Of a stretch of 64,000 nucleotides of DNA, positions 8,196 through 18,278 are shown in pieces. The stretch comes from an uncultured Nitrososphaerota archaeon (GTDB lineage: Archaea; Thermoproteota; Methanomethylicia; Nezhaarchaeales; B40-G2), in the NCBI GenBank assembly GCA_964626365.1, contig CAZVDL010000005.1:3075-67074 (forward strand), given 5' to 3'. The notes under the pieces were generated by a model, which ran no database searches, was not told the origin of the DNA, and worked only from the letters and a program-made list of their open reading frames with translations. Position 1 is the stretch's first letter; every line of letters starts with the position of its first letter. The position numbers and the translations under genes were made by a program.

Positions 8196-8660
8196 TTGGC
8201 TAAGCGGCTTCTGCCTCAAGGTACGACACTGAGGGTCTACGTGGCTATGCTGAGGGCAGGTAGGCCTCTCGGCGTTAGGGAGGTGCAGCGCATGTTGGGG
8301 TTTAAGAGCCCCTCAACGGCCCTCTATCACATAAACAAGTTGTTGGACATGGGCTACGTGGTTAAGGCGGAGGAGGGCTACGAGGCCTTGGCGGTTAAGG
8401 GGGAGGCTGGCATATTGGGCCTCTTCAACCGCGTAGGGACCCTCTTAGTGCCTAGGGTGCTGTTCTATGCCCTCTTCTTCACGACCTCGCTCGTGCTCTT
8501 CTTAACGGCCTCCCTCGCCCAGCAGGCAACTTATCAATTCCTTTACACCTACGCCCTAGCTTTAACCTCCACCGCCGCGGCGCTGATGTGGTATGAAGCG
8601 TTTAAGCTATGGAGAGGGCTCGAGTTTGAAGTCAGGCGTCACGCCAGCTCAATACCGTAG
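8196..8660 (+). CDS. Membrane-anchored winged-helix transcriptional regulator
   Basis: GTTLRVY..PLGVREVQRMLGFKSPSTALYHINKL wHTH followed by two TM helices. Confidence 0.8.
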   Translation: MAKRLLPQGTTLRVYVAMLRAGRPLGVREVQRMLGFKSPSTALYHINKLLDMGYVVKAEEGYEALAVKGEAGILGLFNRVGTLLVPRVLFYALFFTTSLVLFLTASLAQQATYQFLYTYALALTSTAAALMWYEAFKLWRGLEFEVRRHASSIP

Positions 8661-9442
8661 AGGCTCGACGCGTTCGATGAGGTCAACTTTGCTACCTCCT
8701 CAACGCTGACCTCCTTCATTGAGGCCAGCATTTTGACCACCTCCACCACGTCAGCCGGCTCAGCCTCCCTGTTGAACTTGCCCTTGTACTTGACTGGGCT
8801 GTCGGTCTCGACGAGGAGTTTGGTGAGCGGGGTGTGTTTAACCACGTTTATGTGCTCCTCGCTGTAGTCTATGGCGGGCGTGGCCGACACATAATATCCA
8901 CATGAAAGCAGGTCCTTAAGCACGTCGAGGGGGCCGCTAAACCAGTGGAAGAGGGCCTCTACGCCGGCCTCCTTAACCATGTCTAGGCAGTCTCTCCATG
9001 CCCCCCTGCTGTGGACGACCACGGGCTTGCCTGCGTCCTTGGCAGCTCTAAGCTGCCTGGCAAACACCTTACGTTGAAGCTCCCTGCCTGCTCCCTCCTT
9101 TCTAGCTTCAGGTAGCCAGTAGTCGAGTCCGATCTCACCCACGGCGACGGCCTCTTTCGCCTTAGCCTCCACGAACCTGAGGACCTCCTCGACACCCCCG
9201 GGGCTTAGCTCCTTTAAGCTCCATGGATGTAGGCCCACAGCGCCGTAGACCTTTACCCCAAGCCTCTCCACCCTGCGGCCAACCTCGAGCGCAAACACGC
9301 TCGACTCTAGGTCTGAGCCAGCTGTGACCACTGCCACCACGCCTAGGTTAAACGCCTTAGTCAGCTTAGCTTCTAAGTCCTCTAACTCCTCTAGGTGCGC
9401 GTGAGCGTCAACGACTTTGAGCTTCACGGGGGAACGTGACAT
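8639..9442 (-). CDS. tatD: TatD family metal-dependent hydrolase/DNase
   Basis: DAHAHL, VGLHPW, VGEIGLDY, VVHSR, FHWFSG, LVETDSP. Confidence 0.92.
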   Translation of the reverse strand: MSRSPVKLKVVDAHAHLEELEDLEAKLTKAFNLGVVAVVTAGSDLESSVFALEVGRRVERLGVKVYGAVGLHPWSLKELSPGGVEEVLRFVEAKAKEAVAVGEIGLDYWLPEARKEGAGRELQRKVFARQLRAAKDAGKPVVVHSRGAWRDCLDMVKEAGVEALFHWFSGPLDVLKDLLSCGYYVSATPAIDYSEEHINVVKHTPLTKLLVETDSPVKYKGKFNREAEPADVVEVVKMLASMKEVSVEEVAKLTSSNASSLYGIELA

Positions 9443-9555
9443 TGGGGAGATATTTTAGCTTATCGCCTAGTTCACATACTTTGAGTTAAATACCCCCCTC
9501 GCAAAGTTTATAACTCGTCGCCGTTAGGCGGCCCTTCGACTTTGAGGGCATATCT

Positions 9556-10836
9556 ATGGCAAAACCCCCTAATCCCATAAAGTCTTTTATGGAATCTAGG
9601 AAGGAGCGTAAGCTCAGGGACGAAGTTGAAGAACTGATATCTAAGCTTAAGGATGAATCCTCAAACTTGAAGGCTTACGCCGTCCTCATCGAGAGGTTAA
9701 AGGAAGCTCTAGGCGAGGAGCTCGATAGACTGGTAGGCCCTCCTCCTTCACTGCCTAAGGAGCTTCTTGAGCCCTCGACCGTGGTCGTAAGCCCTGAGGA
9801 CAAGGAGATCAAGCTCGACTTAGAGGGGCTAGAAAGGGAGGTGCAGGAGGGCTTTAGGCACGTATCAGGAGAGAAGCTTAAAGCCATCATTAACGGGGCG
9901 GTGAACGCTGCTGAAGCGACCGAGGACGAGTGCATTAAGTACTTGGAGACAGCGGTCAATGCCCTCTTAACGGACACCGAGAACCTGCTTAGGCCGTTTA
10001 AGGGGGATGCTAGATTCAACGACTTGCTGGCCACCGTGGAGAAGGCCAAGTCGCTACTGAGCTCCACCTTAAACCTTAAGTCCTTGGACGAAGCCATAGG
10101 CCTCTTGCTCTGCGTTAGAGGTGTGCTCGACAAGCTAAAGCCCGAGGCCTTAATGATGCTTAGATCCACGGCTTCAAGCCTATTAAACGAGAGCAGGGCG
10201 GTCAAGGAGGAGGCTGAGAGGGTAGGAGTGAGGCCTCCTGACACCGAGGAGGCTACCTCGCTAGCTGAGAAGATGGTGGAGGTTACATCTGAGGCTAGCT
10301 GGGAAAGCATATCTTATTATCAGAGGGAGCTTGAAGAGACGCTTAAGCAGTTAAGGGACTTCAAGGACAGCATGTCGAGGCTAGAGGTACTAAGACACAT
10401 AGATGAGGCGGTAGACTACGTGACCTCCAAGCTACCTGAGCTGAGAGGCGAGGTGGTCGAAGCTAAGCGCAAGCTGAAGGACCTAATAGAGGAGGCTAAG
10501 CAGGGCAGAATGTTAAGCAGTAGCGACGTTGACGAGGCGGTGGGCGAGGTAGAGGAGGCATTCATGAAGGCCGGGGCCAATAAGCTGTTGAAGGAGGTTA
10601 AGGAGCTCTACAGGGAGTTAAGGAAGAAGCTAGGGGGGCGATGTGAGGTTGAGGAGCCTCCTCAGGAGCTTAAAGGCAGAGCTCTCATTGAAAGGCTGGA
10701 GGAGATGGCTAAGTGTAAGGAGAAGCTTGAACGCCTAGTTAAATCCATGGTGGGCGGCCCAGCTCGAACATCCTCGGTGGAGGAGTTGAGGGAAGCCTTA
10801 AAGGAGGCTAAGGAAGGTCCTCCTTCAACCTCTTAA
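9556..10836 (+). CDS. Hypothetical helical/coiled-coil protein
   Basis: 426 aa rich in E/K/L with a heptad-like pattern; TTTATAA box upstream; no catalytic motif recognised. Confidence 0.75.
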   Translation: MAKPPNPIKSFMESRKERKLRDEVEELISKLKDESSNLKAYAVLIERLKEALGEELDRLVGPPPSLPKELLEPSTVVVSPEDKEIKLDLEGLEREVQEGFRHVSGEKLKAIINGAVNAAEATEDECIKYLETAVNALLTDTENLLRPFKGDARFNDLLATVEKAKSLLSSTLNLKSLDEAIGLLLCVRGVLDKLKPEALMMLRSTASSLLNESRAVKEEAERVGVRPPDTEEATSLAEKMVEVTSEASWESISYYQRELEETLKQLRDFKDSMSRLEVLRHIDEAVDYVTSKLPELRGEVVEAKRKLKDLIEEAKQGRMLSSSDVDEAVGEVEEAFMKAGANKLLKEVKELYRELRKKLGGRCEVEEPPQELKGRALIERLEEMAKCKEKLERLVKSMVGGPARTSSVEELREALKEAKEGPPSTS

Positions 10837-11470
10837 TCCTACCGTTCTCCACCCTAAACCCACCTCTCTCCTCAAGCCTCCTAGCAACCCTCGCAGCCCA
10901 GTATTCATGTACCTTTAGCCTCCTGCTCAGTTCATCGACGGCGAGCTCATCCAGATCCTCAAGCGCCTCTAAAGCCTTGGGTAGGAGGTGGTCAACTACC
11001 TCCTCCTCGTTCATTAGGGCGTGCTCGACTAACGCTAAGGCCACCCTCCAGTCCACGTTCAACACCTCACACACCGCCTCCACGGTAGGCTTAGCGGGCA
11101 GCCAGCCCCTACTCAACGACCTTTCAACGTACTCGTGTAGTAGCTCGTCGAACTTCTGTTTGCTTGGCAGCCTAGCGTAGGAGTCTAGGTCCAGTTGGAG
11201 GCTGATCTTTCTATCCACTACGCTGTATACCTTAAGCTGCCTACCGCCGACCGTCCTCCACTCCCACTTGACTAGGCCCGCGCTCATCAACGCTGATAGG
11301 TGTTCCATCACGGTGGGTATGCTTAAGTTTAATCTCTTAGCCAGCTCGCTAGCGGATAACCCTTCTTCATCAAGTAGATGCCTGACTATGTTAACCCTAG
11401 TTGGGCTGGCTAAGGCTTCGATTACTAGCTTAGCTTCTAATGGGCGGCTCCAGGGAACCACCTTCACCAA
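10808..11470 (-). CDS. ArsR-family winged-helix regulator with a C-terminal extension
   Basis: ALASPTRVNIV..LSASELAKRLNLSIPTVMEHLSALMSAGLV; possible second wHTH at the C-terminus. Confidence 0.85.
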   Translation of the reverse strand: MVKVVPWSRPLEAKLVIEALASPTRVNIVRHLLDEEGLSASELAKRLNLSIPTVMEHLSALMSAGLVKWEWRTVGGRQLKVYSVVDRKISLQLDLDSYARLPSKQKFDELLHEYVERSLSRGWLPAKPTVEAVCEVLNVDWRVALALVEHALMNEEEVVDHLLPKALEALEDLDELAVDELSRRLKVHEYWAARVARRLEERGGFRVENGRIKRLKEDLP

Positions 11471-11477
11471 ACCACTT

Positions 11478-12236
11478 TCACCGATCCACTTTAAGGTCTA
11501 CTGAGGCTGCTGAAGCCTGGACGTCTATGACTAGCCCCTCCCTGAAGCCGGGGTCCGCGATTACACGCTCCTCGAAACCGCTCACTGAGGTCTTAGCCAG
11601 CTCCTTTACGTTCACGTCTACCTCGGCGGCGTCGGCCGAGGCCTTAATGTAGACCTTTGACTCCTTGGGTACCTTAATCCTTAGCTCAACTCCCCCCGCG
11701 CTAACGTCTATGTTTAATGAGGACGTAGCGTTGCTGTACTCTAGGGTTCCTTCAAGGCTCCCTGCGCTAACCCTAAAGGAGAAGACGGTCCTGTTAAGTC
11801 CTCCTAGCTCCACGGTGCCTGAGCCCGCGCTCACTTTTACCTCGATCTCCCTTAGGATGGAGGGGTTGAGGTACACCACCACCGACCCAGCTTTAACCTC
11901 CACCTCTAAGCGCCCCCCTTCCTCCACCACCGAGTAGTCCGTGGAGCTCCAGGGCATGAGGGCTCCGTAGACCTCGACCCTATACGCTAGGCTCTCCTCC
12001 GCTTCCTCAACCCTTAGGTTACCAGCGCTCAGCTCAGCCCTAACCCTTAGTTCTTGGACCTCGGTCATATTCTTCTCGTAGCTGGCTAACAGCTTACCCT
12101 TACCCCATGCCACGGTCCAGGCCCCTTCAACCTTTAAGCTGGGGTAGAAGCCTATGGCTGGGGACACTAAGGCTATGAGAAGCGAGGACCCTAAAATGGC
12201 CGCGACTAAGAGACCCGCAACCTCCTCAGCCCTCAT
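11478..12236 (-). CDS. Membrane-anchored beta-repeat protein (DUF4097/LiaF 'toast-rack'-like)
   Basis: Start moved to ATG 12236 (ATGA overlap with the upstream gene); N-terminal TM helix and repeated V/L-SAG-x-V/L strands. Confidence 0.7.
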   Translation of the reverse strand: MRAEEVAGLLVAAILGSSLLIALVSPAIGFYPSLKVEGAWTVAWGKGKLLASYEKNMTEVQELRVRAELSAGNLRVEEAEESLAYRVEVYGALMPWSSTDYSVVEEGGRLEVEVKAGSVVVYLNPSILREIEVKVSAGSGTVELGGLNRTVFSFRVSAGSLEGTLEYSNATSSLNIDVSAGGVELRIKVPKESKVYIKASADAAEVDVNVKELAKTSVSGFEERVIADPGFREGLVIDVQASAASVDLKVDR

Positions 12237-12877
12237 GTCCACCACGCCTCCCATGACGTCGCTAAGAAAAAGATGGCTGAACCCACCACGGCCAGTATCA
12301 GCCAAGGGAAGAACGATGAGGCGAGGCCCTTGCCCAGTGATATCCCATGCGCCTCAGACATCCCTATGCCGACCACGACGCCCTTCCACACCCAAGCCAC
12401 GAAGGCTCCAAGCAGCGCTATTAGTGCTAGCCTAGGGGACGCCACCGCCACTAGCAGCGATGCCAGGGAGGCGGAGTCAGTCACCCAAGCATACCCCACC
12501 GCGTTCAGGCTATGCGCGTACTCTCCTCCTCCATTGAAGGACTTGGCAAGGGCGTGAGCGAAAAGGCTCCACATGAACCATAGGAAGAGCTCAAAAAGCA
12601 CCCCAATGGCCATGGCTCCATAGACCAACAGGCTCGTAAGCCACGGCGCAGCCCAGTCCGTCACTGCTTCTAACGGAGTTACACCGAAGCTTCCAATGGC
12701 CGAGGCCGCTAAGCCGGCTACGAGGAGGCCACGTAGCCCCCACTTAGAGGCCGAGAAGAGGATCACATATGCTAGGGGTTCTAAAGGCCCTCGCCTCTCG
12801 TGTATCGCTATGCTTAAGTACACCCTAGGAGAAGTTATGAAGCCGCCAACTCTAACGAGAGCTCCCGGAATCTTCAT
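12233..12877 (-). CDS. Yip1-family membrane protein
   Basis: About five TM helices; AHALAKSFNGGGEY..GYAW and GMSEAHGISLGK patterns. Confidence 0.75.
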   Translation of the reverse strand: MKIPGALVRVGGFITSPRVYLSIAIHERRGPLEPLAYVILFSASKWGLRGLLVAGLAASAIGSFGVTPLEAVTDWAAPWLTSLLVYGAMAIGVLFELFLWFMWSLFAHALAKSFNGGGEYAHSLNAVGYAWVTDSASLASLLVAVASPRLALIALLGAFVAWVWKGVVVGIGMSEAHGISLGKGLASSFFPWLILAVVGSAIFFLATSWEAWWT

Positions 12878-12997
12878 CTCCGCTAGCTGCCAGTGGAGAA
12901 GCCTATAAAAAACTTAGGTTTACATTAATGTTCAGCCTAACCTGACATGTAGGGGGAGGCTTTATATCGGCTCCGCACGGCATATTCGGGGGCGCGC

Positions 12998-13981
12998 ATG
13001 AGTTTATGGAAGCTTAGGCTATCCATGCTAGGTACCTTAGCGGCCCTCATAGGTCTAAGCACGCTGTTCTTCGCCTTGATCCTAAACTGGCTCGGCGTAG
13101 CTGACCTTACCAGTGCTCCAGGGCTCTTGACCCTCATAGTGTTGGTAGTCTTCTTTAACCTAATGCAGTGGCTCCTAGCCCCTTACATGATAGACTCGAT
13201 GTATAGAGTGAGGGAGGCCGATAGGACGAGGTACGCTAGGCTCTACGACATGGTTGAGAGGTTATGTAACAGAATGAGGGTGAAGACGCCTAAGTTGATG
13301 ATAGCCGACCTCCCCATACCCAATGCCTTCGCCTACGGCTCACCCTTAACAGGTAGCCGTGTAGCGGTCACCACGGGGCTACTAAGAGAGCTTGAAGAGG
13401 AGGAGGTAGAGGCGGTCATAGGCCATGAGCTTGGACATCTTAAACACAGGGACGTGCAGGTAATGATGTTCGCCTCCGTGCTACCAGCGATCTTCTACCT
13501 ACTTGGATACAGCCTTCTATGGTCATCTTGGCTTGGAGGACGCGATGAGAGGGGAGGCGCTGGGGCCTTAGCGCTAGTGGGCTTAGCGAGCATAGCGATC
13601 TACTGGGTGCTATCGCTCTTCGTGTTACACCTTAGCAGGCTGCGCGAGTACTACGCTGATCGTGAGAGCGCGGTCAACGTCGACGACGGGGCGCGTAAGC
13701 TATCAGAGGCGCTAGCCAAGATAGTACACTCCACCAGCAGGGCCCATTTAGCCCGCAACGCCCAGGGCTTTAGCGCCTTCAAGGCGCTATTTATAGAGGA
13801 CCCCGACAGGGCGCCGTCAAGCATGCTCGCTATATCTAGCGTGAGGAGGCTCGGCGATCAAGCGCTGGTTAAGAGCATACTAAGCAGGAGGATCACGTGG
13901 GCTGACCGTATAGCTGAGCTGTTCTCCACGCACCCCAACATAGTTAAGAGGCTTAGGGCACTCCAAGAGCTAGCAGCCTAG
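12998..13981 (+). CDS. htpX: Zinc metalloprotease HtpX (M48)
   Basis: PNAFAYG, AVIGHELGHLKHRD, SRLREYYAD, FSTHP. Confidence 0.93.
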   Translation: MSLWKLRLSMLGTLAALIGLSTLFFALILNWLGVADLTSAPGLLTLIVLVVFFNLMQWLLAPYMIDSMYRVREADRTRYARLYDMVERLCNRMRVKTPKLMIADLPIPNAFAYGSPLTGSRVAVTTGLLRELEEEEVEAVIGHELGHLKHRDVQVMMFASVLPAIFYLLGYSLLWSSWLGGRDERGGAGALALVGLASIAIYWVLSLFVLHLSRLREYYADRESAVNVDDGARKLSEALAKIVHSTSRAHLARNAQGFSAFKALFIEDPDRAPSSMLAISSVRRLGDQALVKSILSRRITWADRIAELFSTHPNIVKRLRALQELAA

Positions 13982-15138
13982 CTCTCTTCAAACAGTTTTC
14001 TCCCCTCCCCCACTACCATGACTGGGTAGGCCTCTAGCTCGAAGGGGTCTCCTTTCCACACTATGAAGGAGGCCCACTTACCAGGCTCCAAGGTGCCTAA
14101 GAGATCGTCCACGCCCACGATCTTGGCGTTCCTGTAGGTTATCAGCGATATACAGTCCTCTCTGCTCATGCCGTAGCGCCTAAAGAACCTTAGCTGCAAG
14201 TATAGGTTTCGCTGTAAGACCACTGGGTGGTCGCTCATTAAGCCGAAGAACGGCGAGGCCTCTATCAATAGCTTGACGTTCCTGTAGCTCTCGTTTTTAA
14301 GCTCGGTCTTATATGGGAAGGCGTCAACAGGCCCATAAACCAAGGGGACCTTCTCGTCCCTAAGCCTCTCAAAGGTGTGCTTAGAGGCTACGTCGCATAG
14401 GTGCTCAGCCACGGCCTTAAGCCCGTACGCCCTCTTGAGCTTTATGAGGGCGGCCACGTCGTCTGATCGATGCACGTGCACCCTTAAGGGCTCTTCCCCC
14501 CTCAACACAGGGAACATCATCCTGAGCTCTGGGTCCACCTCGTCAAGGTCCTTCTTCCCCGACTCGATAAGCCTCATTGAAGACTTAGCCCTCTCTAGCC
14601 ACCTCTGCAGGATAGCCATGGCCCCCATCCTAGTGTGGGGTCTCGTGCCCTCCCAGTCCTCAGTGCTCCTAGGGTTGTAGCCGAGCGCGGCCTTAACGCC
14701 GGCGTAACGTATGAAGGCGTCCTCGATGTCCCTTCCATAGTTCCTGATGACGGCGCCCCTACCACCCACTATGTTACCGCTCCCCGGCAATATGCACGAG
14801 TAGAGCACGCCGAACTCTATGGACTCTTGGAAGGCCTTATCGTCCATGTACACCGAGTACAGCGCGTCCACCATGGGTAACACGGACTCGTAATGCTCGT
14901 TAACCTCAGCCTCCCTGCTCGGCTCACCGGCCCTCTCCATCCCTACGTGGCAGTGTGCGTCTATGAAGGCAGGGGTTACCACATGTCCCGAGTAGTCGAG
15001 TAGCTCTGCCTCCTTGGGCCTCTCAGGGCCCACGTAGCTTATCCTTCCCTCCTCGTAGGCTATGAAGGAATCCCTAAGCACCTCGCCAGGCCTGCCCGTG
15101 TATATTAAGCTGGCCTTAAGGCATATCATGTAGCCCAC
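13978..15138 (-). CDS. Amidohydrolase family protein
   Basis: PAFIDAHCH, VKAALG, RVHVHR, AEH, SDHPV, GTLEPGKWA. Confidence 0.88.
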   Translation of the reverse strand: MGYMICLKASLIYTGRPGEVLRDSFIAYEEGRISYVGPERPKEAELLDYSGHVVTPAFIDAHCHVGMERAGEPSREAEVNEHYESVLPMVDALYSVYMDDKAFQESIEFGVLYSCILPGSGNIVGGRGAVIRNYGRDIEDAFIRYAGVKAALGYNPRSTEDWEGTRPHTRMGAMAILQRWLERAKSSMRLIESGKKDLDEVDPELRMMFPVLRGEEPLRVHVHRSDDVAALIKLKRAYGLKAVAEHLCDVASKHTFERLRDEKVPLVYGPVDAFPYKTELKNESYRNVKLLIEASPFFGLMSDHPVVLQRNLYLQLRFFRRYGMSREDCISLITYRNAKIVGVDDLLGTLEPGKWASFIVWKGDPFELEAYPVMVVGEGRKLFEES

Positions 15139-15244
15139 CGCCTAACGATACGCTAACCCCTAATTCTCGCTTTCCCTTAACGCTGAGTCGGCGGCGCGTT
15201 AACCTGAAATAACCCCCTCTATGAAGGGGGCATGGTGCTGCTCA

Positions 15245-16411
15245 ATGACTGAGCGTAGGGTGGAGGAGCTTAGGAGGAGTATGGCTGAGGCCGGTGTGGA
15301 CGTCGCCGTCATAACCCACATCATTGACGTCTACTACTTCTCGGGCACGGGCAACCGCTCAACGCTCATAGTCCCCCTTGAAGGAGAGCCTAAACTGCTG
15401 GTCCAGGTGGGCTACGAGAGGGCTAAGGAGGACTCCTGGATAAGCGACGTTAGGAGAGCTGGAGGCACCTCTGACATAAAGCGCGTGTTGGATGAGCTTG
15501 GCCTTAGTAGGGGCGTCGTGGGCCTAAACATGGACACCATCTCAGCTGGCTTCTACCTTAAGCTTTCATCCATCCTCAAGGAGGCTAAGCTCGTGAACGT
15601 GTCGCCCCTCGTACTCGACGTTAGGTCGGTGAAGGATAAGAACGAGGTCGAGTTGATAGAGAAGGCGGCCGAGATTTCCAGGATTGGCCATAAGAGGGTG
15701 GAGGAGGTCCTAGAGCCGGGGATCACTGAATTAGAGCTGGCTGTAGAGGTGGAGTGTACGCTTCGCCGAGCTGGCCACGACGGCTTTATTAGACACCGTA
15801 CATGGCGCTTTAACGCCTACGGTGTCATAGGGCCTTCAGGCCCCAACCTCGGAGTCATCACGGGCCCCGGGGCTATAACCATCACGGGGCCGGGTACTTG
15901 TCCAGCTCTACCTTACGGGGCCTCTAATAGGAGGATCGAGAAGGGGGACATGGTGCTAGTGGACTTCGTGGTCAGCTACATGGGCTACCACCACGACGAG
16001 GCCAGGATGTACGCGGTGGGCGACGTAGATAGCCGGAAGGTTAAGTCCTTTAAGCTGGTCAAGGAAGCTGAGGAGCAGGCCCTCGAAGCCATTAAACCGG
16101 GTAGGCCGGTGAGCGACCTTTACTGGGCGGCTCGCTCAGTCTTCGAACGCGAAGGCCTTCTCGACTACTTCGCGGCCTACTCAGAGTATCCGCAGTACAC
16201 CTACCTAGGCCACGGCATAGGGCTGGAGGTTGTCGAGGAGCCCAGCATAACCCCCGGCAACGATAAGCTGTTAAGGCCTGGCATGACTATCTGCATAGAG
16301 CCCAAGCTGATAGCCCCTGATTGGGGGGCCAGCTTTGAGGACACCGTGCTGGTGGAGGAGGATGGCCCGCGCATACTGAGTAAGACGCCCAGGGAGTTAA
16401 TCTACGTCTAG
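15245..16411 (+). CDS. M24 Xaa-Pro peptidase family protein
   Basis: VKDKNEVELIEKAA, VLVDF..GYHHDEAR, GHGIGLE, IEPK, FEDTV. Confidence 0.87.
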   Translation: MTERRVEELRRSMAEAGVDVAVITHIIDVYYFSGTGNRSTLIVPLEGEPKLLVQVGYERAKEDSWISDVRRAGGTSDIKRVLDELGLSRGVVGLNMDTISAGFYLKLSSILKEAKLVNVSPLVLDVRSVKDKNEVELIEKAAEISRIGHKRVEEVLEPGITELELAVEVECTLRRAGHDGFIRHRTWRFNAYGVIGPSGPNLGVITGPGAITITGPGTCPALPYGASNRRIEKGDMVLVDFVVSYMGYHHDEARMYAVGDVDSRKVKSFKLVKEAEEQALEAIKPGRPVSDLYWAARSVFEREGLLDYFAAYSEYPQYTYLGHGIGLEVVEEPSITPGNDKLLRPGMTICIEPKLIAPDWGASFEDTVLVEEDGPRILSKTPRELIYV

Positions 16412-16491
16412 GCCGTTTTTAATGGCGGCTCCATCAAGCCCGGCGGGCCTGTTTTAACCCCCTCCTCGTTAAGGGTGAACGGTGGCTGAGT

Positions 16492-17610
16492 TTGTTGAGT
16501 GAGAGCCTCACGTTACTGAGGGACACCGCTAGGCAGTTCGCTGAGAAAGAAGTGGAGCCGCTAGCGAGCGAAATTGATAGAACGGCTAGGATACCCGACG
16601 AGCTGCGCCGCCGCTTAGCTGAGCTAGGCTTCTACGCGGTTCCCTTCCCGCAGAAGTATGGAGGAGCAGGAGCCGGCTACTTCGCCTTAATGTTGGTGCT
16701 GGAGGAGATAGCTAAGGCTTCTATGGCGGTGAGTCTAAACATAGGGGTCCAGTTCCTAGTTTCCAACGCCATCTATCAATATGGCAGCGAGGACCAGAAG
16801 GCCAAGTACCTGCCTAAGATGCTGCGCGGCGAGCTACTAGGCTGCTTCGCCTTCACGGAGGCGTCTACTGGCAGCGACCCTGAAATGATCGAGACGGTCG
16901 CCAAGAAAGTCGAGGGGGGCTTTAGGCTTAGGGGCTCCAAGCAGCTAATATGTAATGCTCCCATAGCAGATCTAGCCATAGTGTTCGCCAAGGACCCCGA
17001 GGCTGGAGGCTTAACGGCTTTCATAGTGGAGGCTGACCGCCCTGGCTTTGAAAGGCTGGGCGAGGAGAGCTTCATGGGCCTTAGGGGGATGAGAATCGGG
17101 AGCTTCGCGTTAAACGACGTCGAGGTCCCAGAGGAGAACGTGCTGGGCAGGCGGGGAGAGGGGTTCAGGATGCTTAGGAGGCTCATAGCTCACAGCAAGG
17201 TGGCCCTATCAGCCCAGGCTGTAGGCGTAGCCCAGGCAGCCCTGGATGAGGCCGTAAAGTACGCTAAAACTAGGGTTCAGAGAGGTAAGCCCATAGCTGA
17301 GTTTCAGACAATACAATGGCTCTTGGCCGAGATGGCCACCTTGATCGAGGCCGCTAGGTCTCTGGTCTACAGGTCAGCCCAATTAATGGATGAGGGAAGG
17401 GAGGTCGTAAAGGAGGCCGCCATGTGTAAGCTACTAGCCTCCGAGGTAGCTGAGCGCGTAACGAGCATGGCTATACAGGTGCATGGCAGCTACGGCTACT
17501 CTAAGGAGTTTAAGGTGGAGAGGCTGTATCGCGACGCTAAGTCTATAGGGGTGACCGAGGGCTCCTCGGAGATACAGAGAGTAATCATAGCCTCCACCCT
17601 GTTAAGGTAA
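16492..17610 (+). CDS. Acyl-CoA dehydrogenase
   Basis: CFAFTEASTGSD, GSKQLICNA, YAKTRVQRGKPI, IQVHGSYGY, RLYRDAK, EGSSEIQR. Confidence 0.92.
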   Translation: MLSESLTLLRDTARQFAEKEVEPLASEIDRTARIPDELRRRLAELGFYAVPFPQKYGGAGAGYFALMLVLEEIAKASMAVSLNIGVQFLVSNAIYQYGSEDQKAKYLPKMLRGELLGCFAFTEASTGSDPEMIETVAKKVEGGFRLRGSKQLICNAPIADLAIVFAKDPEAGGLTAFIVEADRPGFERLGEESFMGLRGMRIGSFALNDVEVPEENVLGRRGEGFRMLRRLIAHSKVALSAQAVGVAQAALDEAVKYAKTRVQRGKPIAEFQTIQWLLAEMATLIEAARSLVYRSAQLMDEGREVVKEAAMCKLLASEVAERVTSMAIQVHGSYGYSKEFKVERLYRDAKSIGVTEGSSEIQRVIIASTLLR

Positions 17611-17621
17611 GGTTGAAGCTT

Positions 17622-18266
17622 CTAAACCTCAACGAAGTACACTTCGACTCCTTCCTTGCCCAGCACTAGAAGGGCCACGGTGGGCTTAACTAAGAAAGGC
17701 GGCATAGGGTCCACGGGGCTACCAGGGTTCACTAGCAGCACGTCTCCATACTCCTTAAGCAGCGGCTTATGAGTATGCCCGAAGACCAGGACATCAAGGT
17801 CGAGGCCCTCAATGAGCCTCTCAACCTTAGGGTGATTCCAGAGCGGAGGGATGCCTAATACGTGCGTGACGCCGACTCTATAGCCATCAACCTTCACGAC
17901 CTCGACTGTGGACAGCGTACGTCGAAGCTCCGGTGGGTCAGCGTTCCCCCAAACCACAATTACAGGGGCCACTCTGCTGAGCTCGTAGATGATGGAGGGG
18001 TCGACGACGTCTCCAGCGTGTATGATTAAGCTCACGTTAGCCTCCCTAAACACCTCAACCGCTCTCCTAGGTAGTACGCCTCTCACGTAGGGTAGGTGGA
18101 CGTGGGTATCGGCAATTAGGCCCACGACCACTCCCTCGCTTAGCTTAGGCACTTCACGGCATGTAGCCGGTAAGTCCCACTGAGAGTAGGCTGTTAAGAC
18201 GAGCGTTGATAGTATCAAGGCAGCGGTTAGAGCCAGTAGCCAAGCCTTAACTCTGCGAGGCGTCAA
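17622..18266 (-). CDS. YfcE/MJ0936-like metallophosphoesterase with an N-terminal membrane anchor
   Basis: ADTH, HAGD, GNAD, GHTHKP, NPGS. Confidence 0.88.
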   Translation of the reverse strand: MTPRRVKAWLLALTAALILSTLVLTAYSQWDLPATCREVPKLSEGVVVGLIADTHVHLPYVRGVLPRRAVEVFREANVSLIIHAGDVVDPSIIYELSRVAPVIVVWGNADPPELRRTLSTVEVVKVDGYRVGVTHVLGIPPLWNHPKVERLIEGLDLDVLVFGHTHKPLLKEYGDVLLVNPGSPVDPMPPFLVKPTVALLVLGKEGVEVYFVEV

Positions 18267-18278
18267 GGTGTTCTCAGC

